NCBI GenBank assembly: GCA_012295275.1
Contig: CM022679.1
Coordinates: 1,736,001 to 1,800,000, forward strand
Direction of reading: 5' to 3'
Length of the DNA: 64,000 nt
DNA from: Chrysomallon squamiferum
Taxonomy: Eukaryota > Animalia > Mollusca
Shown here: one piece after another, positions 25,675-39,849 of the stretch
Numbering within the stretch: the first letter of the stretch is position 1
Layout: every line of letters starts with the position of its first letter
The notes under the pieces: model-generated
Databases searched by the model: none
The model's input: the letters and a program-made list of their open reading frames with translations, nothing else
Told to the model about the DNA's origin: nothing
Program-made: the position numbers and the translations under genes

Positions 25675-26107
25675 TGATCAGCCAGTGTCAATACAAAACT
25701 ATGATTATTATTATCCTCGCAGTGAATGATAAGTATGATATCTACCACCCAGTATGTGACCGAAATACAAAATGTGAAAATGTAAGACTAAACAAACAAC
25801 CCCACCTCACCAGTAAAACGTTATCCTGCCTCTCAGTGAATCTAATTATGTAAATGATATGTTAAACTTACTTTCAAAGTGTTTGTCTTCAGTGTCATAA
25901 TCATGTATATGTTTTATTGTAGATTCTGTGGGTGCAAAATATTTTCAGATGCAGTTTTCTCCTGGACTCTATTTTTAATAAATATATCGTTTCTTTTTCG
26001 ATATCTTGTCATTAAGCACTTTTATAACATATACAAATATTTTAAAATATTTTTTCACACGGCTAATGTAACAAAGCAAAAATATAAATCTGCAAATAAT
26101 AGAACTA

Positions 26108-26186
<79 letters not shown>

Positions 26187-27809
26187 GGAGTATTTTGACA
26201 ATTAATTTTATTACTGCTTTTTTGTTACTTTTGTCAGTATGATTGTAAGGGAATGGTGCAATGAACTTAACACAAAACTGGCTTAGTAATTGTAATTTTT
26301 TGATTGTGACAAAAGTGAATTTAAGCTAGGATTGTTTTCTTGGAACCACTGATTGCAAGGGAACATAACTATTTTTGTTTCAGCTTTTTTGCAAAGCATT
26401 TAGGGCTACAGTTGTTTCACAATACTGAATACATTTAGGTACGTATTTATTTCTTGAATTGAGAATTATCAAGGGTGTTAGAGTTTGTAGCAAAATTGTT
26501 CAATACCCGTAAAGATGGTATCACCATTTGTTCACAGTATAATCTAGACATAGTAGAATGTACTATTAAGTTGGCAGTAAGTTATATGGACATTGATTTT
26601 ATGAATGGCAGTAACACAGTATAGTTTTACATATTCAACATAATAGTGCAATTTGATGGTAAATATGATAATCTTTACCTCCGAATCATAAAAGTTGGCA
26701 ATTCTGCTTTTGTAGTCTGTCTTTTTAATCAGCTAACACAATCTGTAGCCAGGACAAGTACTGTCTTTTTATTAGGTTAGTAAACAACAGTTGATATGCT
26801 AAAACAAACAAAACAAACAACAACCAAAAACAAAACAAAAGAGAAAGAAAAAAACAACAGAAAAACAAAGAAAGAAAGTTAGAAAGGCAAAATATTACAT
26901 TATCTCAAAACATATGCTAAACTATAACTAATAATTAAAAAATATTAATATTTCAGTTAGAAATAATAAATTTTAGCAATAAAACATAATTTAAATTAAA
27001 AAGAATGTTTTTAGTGAGACCAACTTAGGCCTAAATTTAGTTAATGTATTAGAGATCACCAAAAATTTAGTTTTTAATCTTGACGAGCCACATAATGCTT
27101 TTTTCATTTCTACAGACGATATATTTCATTTTAAAATAGTTATCAGACAGTAATGATGTTACATGAGAGTACTTGTTTCAATTTTTGTTTTCAGTTGTAG
27201 AAAAAGCCCACTAAGATCATGATACAGTTTGATTAGATATCAAATGAACTGATATAATAAATTGACACCTTTCCTCTTCCATGGTGATAATAACCATTCA
27301 CAATAAACAAGTTACTTAATTATGATTCATAAATTACATTACAGCAAACAAAAATGTAAAAACATTAACTATTACTTAATCATTAGTTTATTCAAACATC
27401 TAGAAGAGAAACCAGTCCCTCCCGAACAAAACGAAAGAAAGAAAAACAAGAACCCCCCTCCAGTCAAACAATCCAAGCAGAGAGAGAAAAAAGAAAAACA
27501 TTCCCCCAAATATCAGGAAAGAAATGAAAACCCTTGTGCGTGCGTGTTGTGTGTGTGCGTGTTGTGTGTGTGTGTGTGTGTGTGTGCTGGTCGTATAACA
27601 GTAAAAGAGTAATTACTAATCTTGTTTTTTTATAATATCAAATACTTCAAACCTAAAACAATTTATAAGTTCCACAACAATGTATTTTCAGCAACATCAT
27701 TTTATTTTATTTTACTTTATTTTTCTCCTCTAATTTAACTGAATATATCTGTTCACATCATTTATAACAGTAATGGTAGTAGCAGCAGAAGTAGTGGCGA
27801 CAAAAGTGT

Positions 27810-27864
<55 letters not shown>

Positions 27865-28475
27865 TAATCTAAGTCATTTTTCTAAGAATAGTATTATATT
27901 ACTAGCAGATTAGTGTAATCATAATAAGTAAATATTAATAATAGGTTTTAAAATAATATGATCTGAAAAGTTTGTTTTTATTATGAGAGAGAAAGTCAGA
28001 AACATTAATTGGCTTGACAATATTTACCAGATTGAAACAATTTTTAGCCTAGTAAGGCTTTATGATTTTTATTGTCGCTTTTGTCTTCTGAATTTAGGGC
28101 TACCATTGTTTCATAATACTGAATACATTTAGGTATGTATTTATTTCTTGAGTTGAGAATGATCACGGGTGTTATAGTTTGTAGAAAAATAGTAAAATAC
28201 CCTTAAAAATAGTATCACTGCTTGTTCACTGCATAAAGCACAATGTACTAATAACTTGGCAGTTACTTGTATAGAAATTTATTTCAACTTTGGCAGTCAT
28301 ACAGTAAAGTTTTTTATATTTATCATAATAACATTATAGTGTAATTTGATGGTAAATATGATAACCTTTACTCCCAAATCATAAAGATTGGTAACTCTGC
28401 TTTTGTAATTTGTCTTATTAATCAAATAGCACTTGTTTGTACTCAGGGCAAGTACTGTCCTTTTATTAGGTTAGT
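25675..28475 (+). repeat. Dispersed duplicated segment, copy 2 (partner 6035-7345), rearranged, with an internal duplication 26400-26780 / 28093-28475
   Basis: Shared blocks as for copy 1 but in changed order. TTTAGGGCTAC...AATACTGAATACATTTAGGTA...CAAGTACTGTC...ATTAGGTTAGTAA occurs twice. Confidence 0.8.
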
Positions 28476-28969
28476 AATAAAATAAAAAATAGAAAAAATA
28501 GAAATAACAAAATAAAGAAAAGAGATAGAAATTACAATGAAATTGAAATAAAGAGTTAGCATGATTAATCTTTCTCGGAATATTTGGTCAATTACACTAG
28601 AACTGAACCTTTATAGATGAGAAAACGGTAGTTTTTATTATATATATATATATATATATATTTAATTTTCTTTAACTAAGTTTACTGGTCAGTACATCAT
28701 GTTTTATTTTAGTAAACGTTTATTCATTTTACAACTAAATATATCGTTTATTTTTTAAGTGTTTCGCTGTTTGTTGTATTTCAGACTTGAATGCAGGTTT
28801 TACAATAATACTCTTTTGACATTAGTTCACTCTGCATTGATATAAAATGACGTTCTGTTATAGACAAAGTTAAACATTCGTCATATCCGTCTTGTATGCT
28901 GTACTAATATGCCTCATTTGTCACATGACATATTAAAAATAAAATATATTACAAGTTATATGGAAAATA

Positions 28970-29009
<40 letters not shown>

Positions 29010-30346
29010 ATAATAATGAAAAATAAAGCAGAGATTACAATGACAACTATAATAGGATGTTTAAAGTTCTTCCTCAGATACATAAAACTACGCTGTACTT
29101 TTGTAAAGAGTGCATTCTAAGTAACCCCGCTTTGTTTGAAGCTATTTCTGTCACAGTGTAATGTTGTAATGAAATACTATATTTCAGTAATTCTAAATGT
29201 ACTGCTTGTCGTGAAGACAAATAACAATTATCATAGTATATTTTATGATTTTTTTTTATTCTCTATTTTCTTATCTATACATATTTTTATTTGTTACTTT
29301 TTTCTTTACTTCTCTATAAGCATTGTTGTAACATATTTTTTTGAAACTATGAATTTTGTCCACCATCCCTGAGTTTTCAGAAGATAATTATTAATATTAT
29401 TAAATGTTGTTTTGCTTGGTAGATTTAGTTTGGATTTCATTAAGGACCTTTGTTCATGTTATATTTTTGTCATATAAAAGTGGCAGACAGACTGGCGCCA
29501 GACTATTTTGTGTCCATGGCAACGACAAATGCATGCGTGACTTCCTCCTATAACAACATGGATCTTTACATGAGATCATCTTGATATGGATATAGTTTTT
29601 ATTTATTAAACTGTAAAGGTGAGTAATGCACACCAGTGAGTTCTGCGTCCTATGCCGCCGCCTACTTGACTACGAAAGTACGTGCATAGGAACCTCAGTC
29701 CTCCTGTGCCGCTGAACACTCTCCCGAAAACTTACTCGATTTTCTACATTTTCTACAAGCGTAGTTATTCGTGATTCGTTGACCATCAACTTAATGACAA
29801 TAACTTGTGTTGTAAGTAAACATGTCACTGATGAAGATCGATGCAAAATTTATGTGTAAACTCAATAAAATCTGTTTTATCAAATCCATAATAATTTTAT
29901 AAAAAGGGCTGTTTGTTCAATAATCCTTCTTAAATCCTGCTTGAACTTCAGAAGATATATCATTTGTTTCAAGATACAACTTTAGTCTATTTTAAACAAA
30001 GTGGTAAAAAGCTTTCCACGATAACTAAGCAATGTAATAGTTTACAATTTTCACACACACACACATATATATACACCCAGATACACAAACATGCACACCG
30101 ACATAAACACCTACTTATTATTTACCTACCTACTTACTTCCTACCTGCCTAATACATACTTACATGTTTGTCTAAGAAGAATTCTATTTGAGATGTTGAC
30201 TGTTTTAGAAACTGACAAAGATGCTTTCTAAATAGTTTTTGAAATGGTTTTAAAGATGTTTTTAGAAATGTTTTGTATTGTTTTAGTTGTGTATTTGTGG
30301 TACTGTCCTATATGCTTCTCTATATAATTTTATTATTTTTATTGTA

Positions 30347-30401
<55 letters not shown>

Positions 30402-31400
30402 AATATGACGGATAAATAATAAATAAAAACAACCCAGTGCAAACTAAACGGTTCAAATCACCCTGTAATATACATTAAATTGTTTTAATATCAAAAATAT
30501 TCTTAATACATATACACACAAAACACATATACACACACATACATAAACACAAACTCACATGCACGCATACATGAACACATATAAATATTCTTACACAACG
30601 GTATATCTATCTATACATGCATACATATACATATGCACACACACACACACACACACACGCATACAACAATTACTACACATACGCACGCACACACAAGGAT
30701 AGGGATATACAAACATACATACGTACATACACACAAACATAGACACGTGCACATACCTATACATTACTACATTCAGAGACATATGTACATATGGATATTT
30801 TCACACGTACATACATATTTGCGTATATACAGACCCATGCAGACGTACGTAAGTTCATAAATACCTTTTATAACGTAGCGTCTTTTTAAACCAAAACCAA
30901 CAATGATTTTGGAGCAGTTATTAATAACTCTTAGTATAGAATTATGATACATCGCATAACACTAGTTTAGAGATGGGGGGAGTGATGGGACCACCTCAAA
31001 AACTCTCTTGAATGAGATTTCGTGGTGAGCGTTTTGTGTTGGCTACACCGGCTCTGCTAGCTGAAAGATGATACGTAATGCTGCAGCTTTTTCCGATGAA
31101 CGCACACCAGCAGATTTTTCAAAGGACGTACTTCACGACCTTCATTGTATTGGATAAGTCTTCACTTTTGTATGCGGTTTCTTCCTGGTTCATTTTTTCC
31201 TCTGGTGCATGTCGCTTTTGTTCACCGTTTAATATGTTAAAGTTGTGAGTCATGACAGATTCGACAAAAACTTTTAAAGTTTAAAAACTGATAATGTATT
31301 TTCCGAAAACATTTTGATTTTGTTTAATAAATAGTGCATATCCCTGAAGGTATTTATTTTACTTTGAATACATTATTCTTCGGCTTGAGGATTTGGGGTT

Positions 31401-31437
31401 TTGTGTGTGTGTGTGTGCGTGTGTGTGTGTGTGTATT

Positions 31438-31488
<51 letters not shown>

Positions 31489-31531
31489 TTGTGTGTGTGT
31501 GTGTGTATTTGTCTGTGTGTGTGTGTGTGTG
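31401..31531. repeat. (TG)n compound microsatellite
   Basis: Direct reading. Confidence 0.95.
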
Positions 31532-31976
31532 TCTTGCTGCCTGTAGAAAACTGGCTAAAGTGAAGAATTTTAATCATATCTTTTTTTAGATTGTGAAATT
31601 CAAAAAAAAAAAAAAAATAATAATAATAAATAAATAAATAAATAAAAACAATACAACAAATACAACAAATACAACAAAAAAAAAACACACATACACACCA
31701 GCATAACAACTCCAGAATTGTTCTGTCTTGCCTAGTTATTTTTCTGTGAAGTTTATCCTGGTATAGAATAAATGGTTCGAGATTTAACGAGTGACTGCGA
31801 AAATAAATAAAATAAATAATAGATTTGTGGAAGACATTGTAATAATTGAATAACCACTAGCGATAAACAATGAGAAAGAAAACCAAACGTAAAAAAGACC
31901 TACAATTAGACTAACCTTCCTCTAAATAACACCAATAAAACCATAAAAAAAACACCAAATAATAATAATAATAATA

Positions 31977-32026
<50 letters not shown>

Positions 32027-33009
32027 AATTCTTGGAATTTCGTGAGCTCGGCGAACCGGTTGTTAACAATAAATAACCAATATAAAACTATATATAACCT
32101 GATTACAAGATTATAAAAGACTGAAAACTGACTCAGTGACTCAGTGTGTAATCCGGGATGCTTAGAATAGATATTGTGTAACTTGTCAGGTTTCTGCGAA
32201 AATACAAAAATAAAACACAAGTAAGGTATAAATCCGGTTCAGTTGGAGGTGAAATTCCCACCCGCTAAATATCAACGATCCTTTATTAGTACTTAATTAG
32301 TTTCTATTTGAAAACTTTCCTTCCCATACCAAAGAAAAGCTAAAAAAAAAAAAATCTATCTACGATCCAGTTGATTGCTTTCTTCATTGTTTTAGTCAAG
32401 TACAGTTCTGCTTGTATATGCACTCTTAAAAAAAACTATTAAGAATTTACAATTGGCAAAACTGTAAATTATTATAGTTGCTGGGAATGGTTATATGATA
32501 ATAGCGAATTAAATGGGCAGACACTACAGTCGGTAGTTTAGTATATCACAGTACGTGTTATGACCTCCAAACATCTTGAACGAAACAAGGACTAGAACTG
32601 AAATTTGATAGTTAATTAGAATGGATGCTATAATTCATATCTTATACAGCAGCATATTAAAAAGAAAAACGTAACAGGAATCACGTTTCTCTTTTCTTTT
32701 TTATATTGAGAGAAAGAGAGACAGAGACAGAGAGATAGCGTGAGAGAGAGAGGACAGAGAGATCGTGTGAGAGAGAGAGTAAAATTCAACGATCAGATAA
32801 AAATCCGAGTTAATTAAACAATTAGCCCCAAAGCAAACAAAACAAAACAAGAACAAAAACAAACTAAAAACAACCAAATAAACGATAAAAAAGAGAAAAT
32901 AATAAGTTTCCCAATACAGCCGCAAAAAGATAAAAAAATAATCGTACAATACCGCTTCCCTAACAAAAAAATAAAATAAATAAATGAATGAATGAATGAA
33001 TGAATAATA

Positions 33010-33091
<82 letters not shown>

Positions 33092-33529
33092 TAACAGTAA
33101 ATAAATAAATAAATAAATAAATAAAAATATATAAATAAATAAATAATAAAAATAAATAAAGGTGATGAAAAAAGAAGAAACAATGTAAATGCTGAACCAA
33201 AGTTTACGAAATGGTATAACATGCAATGAAATCATTACACGGGTATGAATAATTTATGTTACTGATATAATTTGACGTATCTCTGATGTAGGTATTATAA
33301 ATCCAAAATGAACTAAGTTTGGATCGTGCATTCATATCACTAAAAGAACTTGCAAACAAATTATTGTGAACTAATAACACTTGAATCCGCACCTAAGCAG
33401 GTTATATTAACAAACTGTGTCTGCGCATGCAGATATTACCTATTGAGTAGTTTCAAGCGATAAATTATATGTGTGTGTGTGTGTCAGCAAATTTTATCAG
33501 TCCATCTCTGCGTTAAACCACGTGACTGC

Positions 33530-33936
33530 GGCCTCAGGCAGTAGTATTTGTATTCACTTGTATTACGCTTTGTGCACCTCACCGAACAGCACCAGTACAA
33601 TTTGCAGTTACAAATAAAGAAGCCACATTGTATATACAATCGTGTGCAACCCAGCTTTTCAGACTCTCTTGCTTTTAACCCAAACCTTTGTCTGAAGCAG
33701 CGTCTCCTTACTGTGCCTGCCCCGGGATCCAGAGATTTCGCTCTGTCCACAGAAAGACTGGTCTCGAAATAAGCCTGTAATTGAGCGATTTCTTTTGTTT
33801 TATGCACCCTCACACATTTATTGTACGATGTTTTACAAAACATTTCCAGAAAATCGAAAATCGGACATTATTCGCCAGCAAGTCTGTAGCGAACACCCTG
33901 ACATTTACAGGCGGTTTTTAACATTCTCCAGATTGC
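33530..33936 (-). pseudogene. Wnt family terminal-exon relic
   Basis: Acceptor TTTCAG (AG 33938-33937), then AIWRMLKTACKCQGV-[deletion/frameshift]-QTCWRIMSDFRFSGNVL-[frameshift]-KTSYNKCVRV...YFETS...GAGTVRRRC...SEKLGCTRLY...CNCKLYWCCSVRCTKRNTSEYKYYC. This aligns to Wnt CKCHGVSGSC..KTCW..FR..G..LK..Y and CxCxFxWCCxVxC..C; several cysteines are lost. Confidence 0.85.
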
Positions 33937-35186
33937 CTGAAATATAAAATATTAACCTAATTTTACATCACCAGTTTAAGACGCATAAATATTCATTATT
34001 AACACGTTACTGAAATAAGGTTGTTAAAAGTATCACTCTAAAACCAGTCGATGGATAAGGTTCCAGGAGTTATGTCCCTGTATACTAGAAATGCGTTGTT
34101 TTTATCACGTGTGAAGGGGTAAACTTCACTTACATTTTATTATAACACAGACAGTTTTAATGCATATCCGTGGAACGCTACAGTTCTCATTGTAATTTCA
34201 TTATTTTTATTATTTATTTTAATTTTATTTAATTTTTTTTTTTTTTTTTTTGAATGATTGAATCTGACGACCATTAGTAGCATCGTGCTTTGTTTTGATA
34301 CTGCATTTTCTCAGTAAGACATGACAGTTCCACACCTTAACAAAAATTCGTTCTCTCTGAAAACGAATAGTCAGAGTTCACCCTTCTCACAATTACGGTT
34401 CGGTGATATTAGCAGACTAACAAATTTTAGATTATAAGCTATTTAAAAATTAACGAAGTCTATACGTAAAGTTATCATGTTTAAGAACAATTAAGTAGGA
34501 GGATGTATAAAAACTTCGAAACTTTTGTCCAAACTTGTTGATATGGAGATTAACTGTGGTTAGTGTATGACCTCCAGTAATTAGACCATCGATACTTTTT
34601 TGTGACAGTCTCGAAACTGAACCCACTCAGCATACCCATCCCAAAACCATCGACCTGGTAATAATAATAATAATTAAATAAATAAATAAATAAATAAATA
34701 AAGCATTATTTGATGGAGACATAGAGCAGATGGAAGTAGATAAAACAATAAAAACAAATCAAGCTTAAATATAATAACATTTTTTTAAAAATTCAGAATT
34801 TCGGATAAAGGATTCTGAACGCGTGTTATTGCTACTGCTGGTGCTAATGCTACTAACACTACTACTAATAATTCAAATATATATATAAATATAACCCCCA
34901 AAACGACGACAACAACAACAATATATGTTTCAGACACTGTAGTTCGTCTTCATTTCGATTATTCTGCACATTAGAAACATCGTTCTCCCAACGTTCCGAG
35001 CGGAAATGATGCCGATTAGCCTCGACGCCAAGGATAAGTCACGTGACACACTTTCAGCCAATGATAAACAGGGTTTGAAATGCAATGCGGAGACCGTGGA
35101 TTGTAACTTATATTCAGAGTATTATCGATTTTTTTTATATTGTTATACAAAACCTATGTATTTATTTTAAAAAGGATTTATTCGAA

Positions 35187-35226
<40 letters not shown>

Positions 35227-35374
35227 TAATTTTCAAAAAAATCTGGTGTATCAAATAGAATAAAATTACATTTATTTATCAGTTTTGTAAGAAAAAAACA
35301 ACACAGACACGAGAGAGAGAGAGAGAGAGATGTCAACAACAATAACAAGAACATTATTTTCAAATGTTTTGTAG

Positions 35375-35785
35375 GATCTGTAAATTCGAGTTCCACCAAC
35401 ATTTTGTCTGTCCGTTTTGCATGAAGTTTTAACAAACAAAAACAAATAACAACAAAAACAAAAAAAAAAAAAAAAATAAAAATAAAAATAAAAATAAAAT
35501 AAAATAAAAATAAAAATTGTTTAAGGTTTAAATTTAAATTTTCATAAAATTATATTTTAAAAACAATTTTTTTTGATATTTGTATTAATGCAGTTTGTTA
35601 TAAAGATCTCTAAATGTTCATTTCTGTGTGATAATGCTCCACAGTCGGATTTTGATGTTCCTTTTAAGTTTGCATAATACACAAATTTCTTTCAGTGTGA
35701 TAACATTCCAAAGTGCATCATGGAAAATAGATATTGCCTGGAATGTACTGGAAACACCATGACCTAAATAAATAAATAAATAACC

Positions 35786-35824
<39 letters not shown>

Positions 35825-36655
35825 TCAACAAAAAAAGAAGAGATTTATTACTGATCTTATGTCATTCAAACAGCTCTCCTTTGTCAACGCTAGATGTAAC
35901 ATTACAAGGTACAACTTTTATATTTCTTTCTTTCTGCCCTGAACGCTTTCCAGAGAATTTTTTTATTAAATTTTCAACGAAGGCAAATGTTTTGTGTAGG
36001 GACAATAATGAATTTTACCATCAACACTTACTGATGAGTGATGATCAGCTATAATCTAAAGTTAAATTTCACTCTTTGTTAGTTTTTATTTATTTATTTA
36101 GTTTTTTTTTTTCAAATTCTTTTATTTAAATGTTAGGTAAGTAAATAAACAAAAAATAAATAAAAACAAAACAGGTTGTTTATTTTTAACTTTGTTTCTA
36201 AATAAAAAATCGTACTTTTATAACTTGGATGCACAGAGTATGCAACTATGAATGATTTAAGAAAAATTTAACAAAACATCAAAAGATTTTCTCGTCGTTT
36301 TATGTTTGTAATGATAAAATAACACCACTAACTGCTAGAGTTTCTTATGTACATTATGTACTATATCTGATAAAGCAGTTACAGAGCTCTGGCTTAACTG
36401 GGAAGTAGCCTCAACCAGTCCTCTCTGTCACTGAGTTTCTTTTCCTACTCCTAATTTATTGGAGTCTGATGTAAACAGTTCATACACTTGCCTTGCCTGG
36501 TGTACTTGGGATGTTGGAGACACGGCGTCGTTCTTATCTGACATCGTCATCTTCGTCCTCTGGAATGTCATTATTGTCTTCTGGAATCACTGACTGTTTG
36601 TCTTTGCACATGGAAAAAACTGATCTCCAACACTTCCTCCGTCATGTCTGCCGTC
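35375..36655 (-). pseudogene. ABCA-subfamily ABC transporter relic (second nucleotide-binding domain region)
   Basis: Collinear remnants: about 36650-36490 IPEDEDDDVR*ERRRVSNIP; 35990-35862 FVENLIK..SGKRSGQKERNIKVVPCNVTSSVDKGELFE; 35763-35605 HGVSSTFQAISIFHDALWNVITLKE / YYANLKG; 35430-35385 HAKRTDKM..GGTR. Order and motifs match ABCA (EDEDVxxERxRV, V.KGE.FG, QHDALW..+T++EHL..YA.+KG, SGGT+RKL). Walker A is missing; stops and frameshifts are present. Confidence 0.7.
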
Positions 36656-37327
36656 AAAACAATATAGGAGCAGCTGCATACTTTCAAAGTGAACAACAGA
36701 CTAAAAACAATAATAATAAAAATAAATATCAATAACACCAACGAAAATATAAATGTCTCTACATTAAAAAGAATGACAAAAAAGTAATAAGAAGAAGAAG
36801 AATAATAATAATAAAAGAAAAAAAAAAAAATCTCGAAATGATTCCTAATTATTTTATATCATTATAATAAATAATATGCATTAAATTTGACTAAACTCAG
36901 GTAACAGTTAGTTATTGATGTTGTCACTGTGCCAATTCCTCTAACAATACTACAGACAAGTAGTGAGAACTGTTTTTCAAATTTAAAGTTATTATTCAAG
37001 GCTATATGGTATTTTTGGTAGAAATTATTTTACTAAAAATAGAAGCAAGCGGAATAATTATTGTGAAAAAAAGGAGAGATATTAGAGTCGTCTCCCTTGG
37101 ACTACATCTGGTATTTCTCGTTACTTTTATTAAATAATAATTATAATAATATATTTTCATACTATTTTCTTTTGTATTATTAAATATTACTTACTGCATG
37201 TTGATATTGAGTATGCGTATTATTTTTTCACGCAAATAATAAATTTAAACAACTATCAAAATCATCGAAAAGTACACTGATTTTAGGTATTTAAAGAATA
37301 AGATATTAAAGCAATTCGTTTTACTTC

Positions 37328-37366
<39 letters not shown>

Positions 37367-38947
37367 CATCCATTAGTCCTAAAATTAGTCATAACTATTC
37401 ATGATGTAACAGCTGTATAAATTAAAATATACACCTGAAAAAGCTTTAGCAAATTTGTGTAATTTATTTTCTTTGTTTATTTTTCATAATTATTTTCATA
37501 CTATTTTTATGGATTGATGTTTGTTTCTTTGTTTCTTTCTTTCTTTATTTAAATGTCCTTCAAAAATTAAAATTAGAAATTTAAATAAAAAGAACTGAAA
37601 TCTTAGTTCTTAAAATATCCAGTCTAAAAAAAAATTACAACACACACAAAAATAAATAAAAGCACCTTACGGAAACAAGCAAGACCTAATTCTCTCTGCC
37701 GACTGGTGGAGGGGGAGGTGACCATCGCGTTCTTCTCCACTTCTACATTTTTTTATTACTAACTCAAGACGTTTTGAGACGTTTGTCTGCAGGTAGCTTC
37801 AATTGCTTATAAATATCCCTTTCTCTTAATTATTTCAAAGAAAAATTTACTTTTTCATGTCTGTATATATATATATAGGAGATTAAAACAAAAACGTCTA
37901 AGTTTCACATAGAAAATGTTTCCCTTGATGATATCCAAACATCAGACAGTAACATCCTCCTTGGAGTACTGTCAACAGCATATCACCCTGGGAACCAAAA
38001 CTTGACAAAGTTAACATCTGCATAGAGGTCCAACAACTCATCAATGGAGAGGAACACACTAAGCCATACAAACAAGCTCTACTGTTAGTCATAAAACATC
38101 ATGGATACAGGTATATATTGATGGATACAGTGCAGTGCAGAATTGAGTTCAGACTCGAGCGACTGGAATAAACAACACGGGCCCTAGTGGCCTCCTTCTG
38201 TTTGGTCGAGACTGTTTATACGAAAAAGCTCGCAGAGCTAACACCGTGAACACGTACGTTGGGTATGGATTAGGTTCCGTGAAACATAACGAAATAACCC
38301 CAACCCAACGCAAAGACTGCACCCTTTTTGTACAATACAAGGTAACGTTCGTGTAATAAACACAAAGATAAGACTTCAGATTTTCCGTTCATGGATTTTT
38401 TTATTCAGACAGGAATTGAAACAGAGAAAATAATACATCAAAGTCAGAATACACTAACTGATACACATGTTTGAAATGATGAATATTTGCATTACGTTTA
38501 AAACAAGAAGATTTTTTTGTTACACCATATTTTTTAGTTACATCATATAAATTAAAAAATTATTATTAAAAATCAAAAAATTAAATACAGTAACTAATGT
38601 GCTTGACTGCATATAATAACAACTATTATTATTTTATAACAACTATTATTATATAATAATAATAGTAATAAAAGGAGTACACTGTTGGCAGCTTATAAAT
38701 GCAATAATTAACCGTTTTATTTTTTCTTCTTCTTCTCTTTCGATATTTTTTTCTTTCTTTCTTTCATTCTTTGTTTTTACTCCTTTTATAGTAAATACGT
38801 ACGTGTGTTGTAACATCGTGCAGTTAAAATAAGTAGAAACATATTTTACCAGACTTTATCAGCACTCAAGTACATGTTTACCGATATTTACATCTGGTGT
38901 TTTTCTTTTTTCTTTTTGTTTTTTTTTTTCCTTTTTTTTTCTTTAAT

Positions 38948-38994
<47 letters not shown>

Positions 38995-39849
38995 TTTTAT
39001 TTTATTTTATTTTATTTTATTTTATTTTACTTTATTTATTTATTTATTTATTTTTTTGATGGACAGTTATCATACGTAGATAATATCGGAAGGCAACAGT
39101 TCATGGATACCATGTATTTCAATTACATCTTATAAATTAATAAATAAAAAATAATAATAATAAAAACAAAATTAAATACAGTAACTGTTGGCGGGATATA
39201 AATGGGATTAGAAACTGAAAGAACCACAACTCTGGATACACGAAATAAGTGAGCAGCCTGTCTAAGCCGACACAATTTGCTGTTCATCTAGAAAAGCAAA
39301 AGAAGAAAATAACATGATTAAAAATCATCATTCAGTGTCAGAAATTCAGTTTCAAATTTTAAGAAAAATATTTATATTTATTTATATGCATTATACAACA
39401 AATATTCTATAAAAACTGGGAGCTTTGTTTCAGATACTTAGTATTTTTATTTTTATTTTTGATTGACAATGGTATTTCCAGATAATAATTCTACCTAACT
39501 TTTACATCTTTATTTCATCTTTCTTTCCTTCCAGTTCATTTTTAAGTACATGTCAAGAGTACATTTTTCAATAATTAATACAGGTTAGAAAAAATTCAGC
39601 ATGTATTGCTAAACAAGTGTTGTATTGTTGTTTTAATTTTGTCTTATTATTAGAAGAAGAAAAGCACATAAGGTCACTTACAAAATAATAATAATAATAA
39701 TAATTAATAAATAAATAAATAAATAAAATTAATTAATTAATTAATTGACTAAAAAAAAATGATAATAATTACCAGGAGCGGTAAACTATTTATTAAATAA
39801 TTCACAGTTATAATTTTTAAAAACAATATATACATCTCAATATCGTATT

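Noticed and set aside
29820-29870. CTGATGA motif suggesting a Penelope-type hammerhead ribozyme
   Set aside because: No GAAA core or convincing stems follow.
30970-31260. GC-richer coding-like block
   Set aside because: The frame I translated contains stops and no recognisable motif; probably a decayed repeat.
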